Shown: piece by piece, positions 1-7,848 of the stretch | Layout: each line of letters opens with the position of its first letter | Numbering within the stretch: the stretch's first letter is position 1 | DNA from: Candidatus Multivoradales bacterium | Lineage (GTDB): Bacteria > Acidobacteriota > Thermoanaerobaculia > Multivoradales > Multivoraceae | Direction of reading: 5' to 3' | Length of the DNA stretch: 64,000 nt | Assembly: GCA_965223325.1 (NCBI GenBank) | Contig: CBDCWI010000002.1 | Span: forward strand, 3,872,001-3,936,000 | Position numbers and translations under genes: made by a program | Notes under the pieces: model-generated | Seen by the model: the letters and a program-made list of their open reading frames with translations, nothing else | What the model was told of the DNA's origin: nothing | Databases searched by the model: none

Positions 1-568
1 TGCCTTGCCAGCCGAGATCAGCTACCTCGAGGAGCGTACGGTCGGCCCGTGGTTGGGTCGCGACTCGATCGAGCGTGGCCTGCGCGCCGGTGCCATCGGA
101 GCGGGACTCGTCGTGCTGGCGATGTTGGTGGTCTACAAGTTCACTGGCATCAACGCGGTCATTGCACTGCTCCTCGACTTCGTTCTCGTCTTTGGAGCCC
201 TGGCCTACATGGGGGCCACACTGACCCTGCCGGGGATCGCCGGCATCATTCTGACGATTGGTATGGCAGTGGACGCCAACGTGCTCGTCTTCGAGCGCAT
301 CCGAGAAGAGCTGCGTAACGGTCGAACGGTGCGCTCGGCCGTGCAGTCGGGCTTCTCCAAGGCCTTCTCGTCGATTCTCGACGCCAACGTCACGACGGTG
401 ATCGCGGCGCTCTTCCTCTTCCAGTTCGGTTCAGGCCCGATTCGCGGCTTTGCGATCACTCTGGTTGTGGGCATCTTCGCTTCGGTCTTTACCGCCGTCT
501 TCGTCAGCCGCTGGCTGTTCGACCTCTTCCTTTCGCGCCGCGCGCGGGTCGAGAAGCTCTCCATCTGA
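1..568 (+). CDS. secD: Protein translocase subunit SecD, C-terminal part (5' truncated by window)
   Basis: Motifs EERTVGPxLG, LTLPGIAGIILTIGMAVDANVLVFERIREE and ILDANVTT; directly upstream of secF. Confidence 0.97.
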   Translation, partial: ALPAEISYLEERTVGPWLGRDSIERGLRAGAIGAGLVVLAMLVVYKFTGINAVIALLLDFVLVFGALAYMGATLTLPGIAGIILTIGMAVDANVLVFERIREELRNGRTVRSAVQSGFSKAFSSILDANVTTVIAALFLFQFGSGPIRGFAITLVVGIFASVFTAVFVSRWLFDLFLSRRARVEKLSI

Positions 569-595
569 AGTCGCCGCGCGCGACGAGGTTTTGTC

Positions 596-1849
596 ATGCA
601 GTTCCTGCAGGATCCGAAAATCAACTTCATGGGCGTCCGGAAGATCTGGCTGTCCGTCTCGGCAGTTCTCGTTGCGGCCGCCCTGTTCATCATCTTCGTG
701 CAGCCACGGCTGAGCATCGGTGTCGACTTCGCGGGCGGTACGCAGCTGTCGGTCAAGTTCACCGAGGCTCCCGATCTCGAGCGCCTCCGTGAGGCCCTGC
801 GGGGAGTTGGTGTCGGCGACGCGATGATCCAGCAGGTCGGCGAAGCCGGGAGCAACGAGGTCATGATCAAGACTCGCCTGCAGGAGGCCGAAGAGAGCGT
901 AGAGGGCGATGCAGCCGAGGCCCTCGACCCGGCCGAGCGCGACGGCAGCTCCCGCTCACTGGTCGAGTCTGCCTTTTCCGATCTTCTCAACCAGGACCTC
1001 GGAGGTCGCTTCGACCTCAACCGTCGTGGGACAAGTGCTCTGGCGGCCGCTCTGATCGATGCTGATCCCGACGGACTGAGCGCCACGACCGACGACGTCG
1101 GGGTGCGCGATCACTACCGTGAAGCGGCGGCAAGCGTCATGGGAGTTCGTGAGTCCAACGGTGTCCTGACCGATATGGCAGAACTCGAGGGATCGGCCTC
1201 GCCAGAGGTTTTGGGTTTCCTCGAGCAGCAGGCTGGCGTCGGCGGCTTCACCATCCTCTCGGCCGACAACGTCGGGCCGCAGATCGGCAAAGAGCTGCGC
1301 CAACGCGGTGTTCTCGCCGTCGTGCTGTCGCTTCTCGGCATGCTGGCCTACATCTGGTGGCGTTTCGAGTTCCGCTTCGGGGTCGGCGCCCTGTTTGCAC
1401 TCACCCATGACGTCTTGATCAGTCTAGGTCTCTACGCCTTGATGGGTTACGAGTTCAATCTCACCACGATCGCCGCCTTCTTGACCGTTGTTGGCTATTC
1501 GGTCAACGACACCGTGGTGGTCTTCGACCGCGTACGCGAGAACTTGCGTCGAACGCGCCGGGAGCCACTGCTCCAGGTACTCAACCAGAGCCTCAATCAG
1601 ACCCTGTCGCGCACCATCCTGACGTCGGGCACGACCCTACTGGCGGTCACAACGCTGTTCCTATTCGGCGGCGAGGTGATTCGCGGTTTCGCCTTTGTCT
1701 TGATGGTCGGTGTCGTCGTCGGTACGTACTCGTCGATCTTCATCGCCTCGCCGATCGTGCTCTTCTGGGAGCGCTTCTTCGGGCGCGAGGCACGCACTCG
1801 TCGGGCCGAAGGCACAGGGCGCTCGACCAGCTCGGCGATTCCCGGCTGA
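596..1849 (+). CDS. secF: Protein translocase subunit SecF with enlarged periplasmic domain
   Basis: Motifs GVDFAGG, VGPQIGKEL, HDVLI, GYSVNDTVVVFDRVRE, QTLSRT and GTYSSIFIA. Confidence 0.97.
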   Translation: MQFLQDPKINFMGVRKIWLSVSAVLVAAALFIIFVQPRLSIGVDFAGGTQLSVKFTEAPDLERLREALRGVGVGDAMIQQVGEAGSNEVMIKTRLQEAEESVEGDAAEALDPAERDGSSRSLVESAFSDLLNQDLGGRFDLNRRGTSALAAALIDADPDGLSATTDDVGVRDHYREAAASVMGVRESNGVLTDMAELEGSASPEVLGFLEQQAGVGGFTILSADNVGPQIGKELRQRGVLAVVLSLLGMLAYIWWRFEFRFGVGALFALTHDVLISLGLYALMGYEFNLTTIAAFLTVVGYSVNDTVVVFDRVRENLRRTRREPLLQVLNQSLNQTLSRTILTSGTTLLAVTTLFLFGGEVIRGFAFVLMVGVVVGTYSSIFIASPIVLFWERFFGREARTRRAEGTGRSTSSAIPG

Positions 1850-1997
1850 TTCGACGTCTACCACCCCGGGGCTCGAGGTGAGGGCTCCTCGGGCGGCTGG
1901 CGTCTATCCCTCTTCTGCGCCGTCCGATGTCGATTCGTATCGCCTGGGCGGCGCGAAGGCCAATCGGTCAGCTCTCGTTTGGGGCTAGGGCCGCGCC

Positions 1998-2003
1998 TAT
2001 AAT
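1998..2003 (+). promoter_or_regulatory. Candidate -10 box for rel
   Basis: Perfect TATAAT in GC-rich context 34 nt upstream of the ATG; CAGGAG SD at 2021-2026. Confidence 0.5.
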
Positions 2004-2036
2004 TGTGGGTCCGTCCCACTCAGGAGTCGCCCGCAG

Positions 2037-4283
2037 ATGAGTCCACGAAAGGTCGAGTCGCCAGTCGAAGCCCCCAGCGGGCTGACGCTCGACCGCGTGA
2101 TCGCCAAGCTCGAAGAGGACGAGCGTGCGGTGGATCGTGAGTGGCTCGAGGACGTCTACGACTACGCCAAGGCGCGTCACGAAGGGCAAGTCCGCAGCTC
2201 GGGCGAGCCCTACATCGAGCACCCATTGGCGGTTGCCTGGCTGCTGGCGGATCTGCGCTTCGACACGGTCTGCGTGGCCGTGGCGCTCTTGCATGACGTG
2301 CTCGAAGACACCGGGGTTTCGCGTGACGAACTAGGGTCCAAGTGGGGCGACGAGATCGCCGCCCTGGTCGATGGTGTTTCCAAGATTGGTAAACACGCCT
2401 ATGTGCGGCGCGACGAGGCCCAAGCGGAGACGTTTCGCAAACTGGTCCTGGCGTCTGCCCGAGACATTCGGGTGATCGTCGTCAAGCTGGCTGACCGGCT
2501 CCACAACATGCAGACCCTCGGTCCCCTACGGCCCGACAAGCGTCGACGCATCGCGCGTGAGACGCTCGAGATCTACGCGCCGATCGCCCATCGCCTCGGT
2601 ATGTCGGCTGTGCGCCAGCAGCTCGAAGATCTGTCCTTCTTTCACCTCTACCCGCATCAGTACACCGAGCTCGCGACCAGCCTGCGCGCTACGGTCAAGC
2701 TACGCAAGTCAGCGACGCGCAAGATTCGCGGCGAGCTCGGAGCGGCGCTCAAGGACGCCTCGATCCCTGCACAGATCAGCCATCGGGTAAAGGGCTTCTA
2801 TTCGATCTACCAGAAGCTGCGTCGTCAGGACATCGATATCTCGCAGCTCTACGACTACATCGCCTTTCGCATCGTGGTCGACGAGGTGGCGCAGTGCTAC
2901 GCCGCCCTGGGCGTCGTCCACCAGTCGTGGCGCCCGATTCCGGGGCGCTTCAAGGACTACATCGCAGTTCCGAAGCCCAACCTCTACCAGTCGCTCCACA
3001 CGACCCTGGTGGGCGAGAAGGGGCAGCCGTTCGAGGTCCAGATACGCACTCACAAGATGGACCTCATCGCCGAGGAAGGCATCGCCGCGCATTGGAACTA
3101 CAAGGAGGGACGGGTCGACACCCAGACGTCGGACCCCAATATCCTCTGGCTGCGCCAGCTCCTCGAGTGGCAGCAGGAGGTTCAAGACCCGCGCACCTTC
3201 CTCAACACGCTCAAGATCGATCTCTACCCGGACGAGGTCTATGTTTTCACCCCCAAGGGCGAGGTGCACTCCTTCCCACGCGGTGCAACGCCCCTCGATT
3301 TTGCCTACCGGATCCACACCGACCTCGGCCATCACTGCTCTGGGGCGCGCGTCAACGGTCGCCTCGTGCCACTGCGAACTGCCCTTTCGAACGGCGACAT
3401 CGTCGAAGTGATGACCAACCCCAGCCGGGAGCCGAGCCGCGACTGGCTGAACATCGTCGTGACCCCGCGCGCCAAGTCGAAGATCCGCCACTGGTTGAAC
3501 ACCCGCCAGAAGGATCGCGCGATCGAGATCGGCCGCACGATGTTCGAGAAGGAGGCGCGCAGGCTCAAACGCGGTATCAAAGGAGTCGTCGAGTCAGAAG
3601 AGATGCGTGCCCATCTCAAGGAGGAGGGCCTCGCATCGGTCGACGACCTTTACGGGCGGATTGGTTTCGGGCGCGGTTCGGCGCGCTCGATCCTGGCTCG
3701 ACTGGTTGGTGAGGCGGAGCTCGAGAATCCTTCTCTGCCGGCCGGCCGCCTGAGAAAAGCGGTCTCGCGCATTCTCCCCTTCGGCGGCGAGGCGCACGTC
3801 ACGGTGCGCGGAGATGGGGACATGCTCGCTTACCTCGCGAAGTGCTGCAGTCCGCTTCCTGGAGACGAGATCGTTGGCTACGTAACCCGCGGCCGCGGTG
3901 TCGCCGTGCACTCGGCGGAGTGCCCCAACGTGCGCAATCTGCTCTATCACCCGGAGCGCGAGATCGAAGTCGAGTGGGCCAGGCGGCCTGAGCGTGACTT
4001 CGAGATCACCCTGGTGATCACAGGCTCCGACTCACCGGGTTTGCTGGCTCGCATTACCGACGTGATCGCTCGCCACCAGACGAACATCAAGAACATCGAG
4101 GCCCGGACGGACGATATGGGGCGCTACACCATCGATGTCGTCGTGGTTGTCTCGGATCGCCGACAGCTCGAGCAGCTTTCAGAAGGCTTGCGCGAGTTGC
4201 CTGGAATCGCCCGCGTCGAACGTCGGATGAGCGGTAGCGGCCGCGAGCGTGAGGCACCGCCGCGGTCGCGTCACAGCCCTTAG
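2037..4283 (+). CDS. relA: Long bifunctional (p)ppGpp synthetase/hydrolase (Rel/SpoT)
   Basis: RxSGEPYxxHP, intact HD motif (LHDVLED), KLADRLHNM, PKPNxYQSLHT, EVQIRT, TGS domain (FTPKG..DFAY), KCC zinc finger and C-terminal ACT. Confidence 0.96.
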   Translation: MSPRKVESPVEAPSGLTLDRVIAKLEEDERAVDREWLEDVYDYAKARHEGQVRSSGEPYIEHPLAVAWLLADLRFDTVCVAVALLHDVLEDTGVSRDELGSKWGDEIAALVDGVSKIGKHAYVRRDEAQAETFRKLVLASARDIRVIVVKLADRLHNMQTLGPLRPDKRRRIARETLEIYAPIAHRLGMSAVRQQLEDLSFFHLYPHQYTELATSLRATVKLRKSATRKIRGELGAALKDASIPAQISHRVKGFYSIYQKLRRQDIDISQLYDYIAFRIVVDEVAQCYAALGVVHQSWRPIPGRFKDYIAVPKPNLYQSLHTTLVGEKGQPFEVQIRTHKMDLIAEEGIAAHWNYKEGRVDTQTSDPNILWLRQLLEWQQEVQDPRTFLNTLKIDLYPDEVYVFTPKGEVHSFPRGATPLDFAYRIHTDLGHHCSGARVNGRLVPLRTALSNGDIVEVMTNPSREPSRDWLNIVVTPRAKSKIRHWLNTRQKDRAIEIGRTMFEKEARRLKRGIKGVVESEEMRAHLKEEGLASVDDLYGRIGFGRGSARSILARLVGEAELENPSLPAGRLRKAVSRILPFGGEAHVTVRGDGDMLAYLAKCCSPLPGDEIVGYVTRGRGVAVHSAECPNVRNLLYHPEREIEVEWARRPERDFEITLVITGSDSPGLLARITDVIARHQTNIKNIEARTDDMGRYTIDVVVVVSDRRQLEQLSEGLRELPGIARVERRMSGSGREREAPPRSRHSP

Positions 4284-4472
4284 ATTCCGACCCCAACCAA
4301 GCGGCGGGACCGCCGCCGCTCATCCCGCCGGCGGGCAGATGGCCGAATCCGGCGAAAAAGTGGCGTCGGTGTGCCTTTGAGAGCCTCGAACCGGCGCAAG
4401 AGCCTGAAAACAAAGGACTCCGGAAGCGTGAGAAAGCTCGTCCGCCGCCGCCAAACTTTTTCACCAAAAGAC

Positions 4473-4501
4473 TTGCAAAGCTACACAACCTCCACTACCA
4501 T
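4473..4501 (+). promoter_or_regulatory. Sigma70-type promoter of the pil operon
   Basis: TTGCAA-17nt-TACCAT with an AT-rich UP-like tract (TTTTTCACCAAAAG) just upstream. Confidence 0.6.
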
Positions 4502-4789
4502 CACCTTCCGTTGATCCTCTTGGCGTGTCCTCGAGGTCACTCGTTAGGCTCCTACCTGTTCCGTAGCTTCGATCGGTCAAGTACTTAGTATTCTGCAGCT
4601 TCGACTTGGCACCCCCCCTTGAAGCACTCGTTCGTTTCCCTTAGACAACTCGCTTACCGCATCACAATCACCCCGGATCATGGATCTGGGAGAGCGTTGG
4701 CGGTCCTTGGATTTCTCTGACAATGGTGTATCCGGCCTGGACACGCCACTTTTTCGAAGGATTTCAGGCCGCCAGGAGGCAACCGACCC

Positions 4790-5845
4790 GTGGGTCTCTT
4801 CTCTCGTTCGAAAGGTCTCGTTGGACTCGACGTCGGCAGTTTTGCCGTCAAGTTGGTCGAGCTCAAGGAAAAGAAGGGTGAGTACCAGCTTCAGCGGCTG
4901 GGCATCGAGCCCCTCTCTCCGGAAGCGATCGTCGATGGTTCGATCATGGACTCCTCCCTCGTAGTGGATGCGATCCAGAAGTTGAACGACGAGACCGGTG
5001 TCAAGAACAGCAACTTCGCCACGTCGCTGTCAGGCCACTCGGTCATCATCAAGAAGATCGAACTGCCCGCCATGGCTCCTGAGGAATTGGCGGAGTCGAT
5101 TCAGTGGGAGGCCGAGCAGTACATCCCCTTCGACATCAACGACGTTCGACTCGACTATGTCCTGCTCGATGACGGCATGGCGACCGACCAGATGGACGTG
5201 CTCCTGGTTGCGGTCAAGCGCGACAAGGTCAACGACTACGTTTCGGTGATCAGCCAGGCAGGCAAGGTGCCCGCCATGGTCGACGTCGATGCCTTCGCCA
5301 TTCAGAACGCCTACGAGGCCAACTACGACCTCGATCCGATGAAAGTCGTCGCACTGGTCAACATGGGTGCGAGCGTTACCAACATCAACATCCTGGCTCG
5401 CGGCACCACCGTGTTCTGGCGCGACATTTCCTTTGGTGGCAACCAGTTCACCGAGGCTCTGCAGCGTGAGTTCCGGCTGTCGTTCGAGCAGTCTGAGGCA
5501 TTGAAGCGCGGCAACCCGGTGGACGACAAGACGCCGGCCGACGCAGCGCCTGTTCTCGAGTCGGTGGCCGGCGAGATGGCAGGCGAGATTCAGAAGACCT
5601 TTGACTTCTTCGGCGCAACGTCGAGCGACGGCTCCGTCGACGAGCTCGTGCTCTCAGGCGGCTGCGCGCTGACGCCCAACCTGCTTCAGGTTCTGCGCGA
5701 GCGTTTCGGTGTGCCGACTGAACTGATGAACCCTCTCCGTCGCATCACCTTCAAGGAGAACGACTTCAACAGCGAGTGGCTGAACAGCGTGGCGCCCATG
5801 ATGACGGTGCCGATCGGCCTCGCAGTACGGAAGCTGGGGGACTAA
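4790..5845 (+). CDS. pilM: Type IV pilus assembly protein PilM
   Basis: VGLDVGS..VKLVEL, EAEQYIPF and LSGGCA (actin-like fold); first gene of the MNOPQ order. Confidence 0.95.
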   Translation: MGLFSRSKGLVGLDVGSFAVKLVELKEKKGEYQLQRLGIEPLSPEAIVDGSIMDSSLVVDAIQKLNDETGVKNSNFATSLSGHSVIIKKIELPAMAPEELAESIQWEAEQYIPFDINDVRLDYVLLDDGMATDQMDVLLVAVKRDKVNDYVSVISQAGKVPAMVDVDAFAIQNAYEANYDLDPMKVVALVNMGASVTNINILARGTTVFWRDISFGGNQFTEALQREFRLSFEQSEALKRGNPVDDKTPADAAPVLESVAGEMAGEIQKTFDFFGATSSDGSVDELVLSGGCALTPNLLQVLRERFGVPTELMNPLRRITFKENDFNSEWLNSVAPMMTVPIGLAVRKLGD

Positions 5846-5850
5846 AGCCC

Positions 5851-6501
5851 ATGATCAAGATCAATCTGGTTGGCGAAGGCCGCAAGGTCGTTGCCTCCAA
5901 GAAAAAGGCGGATCGCGGCGCCGGGCCATCGATGTCGCTCGGTGGCGAGAACCTCGCGAACATGTTGCTGATTGCCCTGACGATCGCTGGTCTCCTGATC
6001 GCGGCGGGTTGGTGGTTCGTCACCAACCGGGTCAAGCAGTCCAAAGCCGAGGAGATCCGAGTAGCGCAGCAGCGCGTCGAGGAGCTCGAGGAGATCATCG
6101 CGCAGGTTGATGAGGCCAAGCGTAAGAAGGCGTTGCTCGAGCAGAAGATCCAGGTCATCACCGACCTGAAGAACAACCAGACCGGCCCAGTGAAGATCAT
6201 GGACGAGGTCTCGAAGGGCCTGCCCGACCTGCTCTGGCTCGATCGCCTCGACCTGAAGGGTGGCCAGGTTTCTCTGACCGGTCGCAGCTTCAGCTGGAAC
6301 GCGGTTGCGAACCTGGCCGAGTACCTCGATGAGGTACCGGCGTTCAGAGAGCCGGAGGGTACGCGACTCACTCAGCAAGGTGATGTCTACAACTTTGCGA
6401 TGAGCTTCAAGTTCGATCCAACTGCGGTCTCGACGGGTGCTTCGACCGACGAAGAAGAAGACGCCGACGAAGACACTGTCACGGAGGACGACGAGCAATG
6501 A
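5851..6501 (+). CDS. pilN: Type IV pilus assembly protein PilN
   Basis: N-terminal MIKINL PilM-binding motif, one TM helix, coiled coil, LPDLLWL. Start moved to ATG 5851. Confidence 0.92.
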   Translation: MIKINLVGEGRKVVASKKKADRGAGPSMSLGGENLANMLLIALTIAGLLIAAGWWFVTNRVKQSKAEEIRVAQQRVEELEEIIAQVDEAKRKKALLEQKIQVITDLKNNQTGPVKIMDEVSKGLPDLLWLDRLDLKGGQVSLTGRSFSWNAVANLAEYLDEVPAFREPEGTRLTQQGDVYNFAMSFKFDPTAVSTGASTDEEEDADEDTVTEDDEQ

Positions 6502-6569
6502 GGCGTGGAGGTGACTCGTTCATGAGTCGCCTCGAGAAGGCCCCCCATGCCCATCGATAAGGAATTGTC

Positions 6570-7169
6570 ATGCAGACAGGTCTAGAAGGAAAACCCTGGT
6601 ACTTCGGTCTCCTCGGCGGTTTGGTGGTTGCGGCCATCCTCATCGGCCTTGGCTACCAGGTGAAGGTGAAGGGTCTCAAGGAGGAGATCGCACGCCAGGA
6701 CAAACAGCTCGCCAAGCTCGAGGCACGCATTCAGGAGGGTGAAGCGGCTCAGAAGCAGCTACCCGAGTTCCAGGAGATGGTGCGTCGCCTGGAGGCCGAC
6801 CTCGAGAAGCTCCTCCGCATCCTGCCCGACAAGCGTGCGGTGCACGATCTCATCCGCCAGTTCCGCGCAGTAGCCGAGCGCGAGGACTTCGACCTCATTC
6901 GATTCCAGCCAGGGCGAGAGGTCGAGAAGGAGTTCTTCAACGAGTGGCCGATGCAGCTGTCCGTTCGCGGTAGCTACCACGCACTGGCGCGCTTCTTCGA
7001 TCGCATGAGTCGCTTCTCTCGAATCATCAATATCGATCAGTTGAGGGTGCAGGGCAACCGCAGAGGGAATACCGACCCGACGCGCACGATCGAAGCGAAT
7101 TTCACCGCGAAGACTTTTGTGTACAAAGAAGATGAAGGTGCGGCCGACGCCGCTGGAGGTGGGGGATGA
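6570..7169 (+). CDS. pilO: Type IV pilus assembly protein PilO
   Basis: TM helix plus coiled coil, ILP, GSYHALARFF..RIINI. Confidence 0.92.
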   Translation: MQTGLEGKPWYFGLLGGLVVAAILIGLGYQVKVKGLKEEIARQDKQLAKLEARIQEGEAAQKQLPEFQEMVRRLEADLEKLLRILPDKRAVHDLIRQFRAVAEREDFDLIRFQPGREVEKEFFNEWPMQLSVRGSYHALARFFDRMSRFSRIINIDQLRVQGNRRGNTDPTRTIEANFTAKTFVYKEDEGAADAAGGGG

Positions 7170-7816
7170 CCTTCTTTCTGCGAGGCCTGGGCCTTGCCCT
7201 CATCCTGCTCCTGGTTCCCACAAGTGGGGTTCTAGCGCAGGAAGAAGACGACTTTGAAGATCTCGAAAACCTCTTCGAAGAAGAGGACGGCGGCCAAGAA
7301 GCCGGGGCGGAAGACTTCGCCGGGGACGATGAAGGCTTCGACGCCGCCGAGTTCGAGGACCCGAGTGACGCCGGCACCGGCGTGGCAGACGGTCCCGATG
7401 CCGACTTTGAGTACATCGACGATCTTCTCGCGGGAGACGAGGACGTGCTCGACAACACGGGCTATTCCTACGACGACCGCAACCGCCGTGACCCCTTTCG
7501 ATCGTTGCTCATTCGCAACGATGCCGGTCAAAGGGAAAAGACGGGTGAGAGACCGGAAGGTATCGCCGGGCTCGCAGTGAATGAAATCACCGTGACCGGT
7601 GTCTGGGTGACCGAAGACGGTCCCGTGGCACAGGTCCAGGCTGCCAATAAGGCAAAGAGTTACTTAATCCGCCCGGGCGATCAGCTCTGGGACGGAGAGG
7701 TCCTAAGGATTACCTATGAACGCTACGCGGGTTCCGAGATCGTCTTCAATCAGGAAGTCACCGATCCACAGGCCCCCAAGCCGTTCCGTGAGGTCATCCG
7801 GAGACTCGAACCGTAG
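7166..7816 (+). CDS. pilP: Type IV pilus assembly protein PilP-like (no lipobox)
   Basis: Y..RRDPF motif, beta-rich C-terminal domain (YLIRPGD), position between pilO and pilQ. Confidence 0.8.
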   Translation: MTFFLRGLGLALILLLVPTSGVLAQEEDDFEDLENLFEEEDGGQEAGAEDFAGDDEGFDAAEFEDPSDAGTGVADGPDADFEYIDDLLAGDEDVLDNTGYSYDDRNRRDPFRSLLIRNDAGQREKTGERPEGIAGLAVNEITVTGVWVTEDGPVAQVQAANKAKSYLIRPGDQLWDGEVLRITYERYAGSEIVFNQEVTDPQAPKPFREVIRRLEP

Positions 7817-7831
7817 GCCTTTGGCCTACGG
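7811..7831 (+). other. Intercistronic hairpin before the pilQ SD
   Basis: Perfect 9-bp stem CCGTAGGCC-TTT-GGCCTACGG abutting GGAGGGAGG. Confidence 0.6.
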
Positions 7832-7848
7832 AGGGAGGCGAGTGTCAC

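Noticed and set aside
4300-4330. GC hairpin after rel (AGCGGCGG/CCGCCGCT) as an intrinsic terminator
   Set aside because: No U-tract follows and alternative pairings exist; function is unsupported.
4606-4623. Sigma54-like TGGCAC...TTGAA upstream of pilM
   Set aside because: The GG-N10-GC spacing is off by one and the -12 GC is absent.
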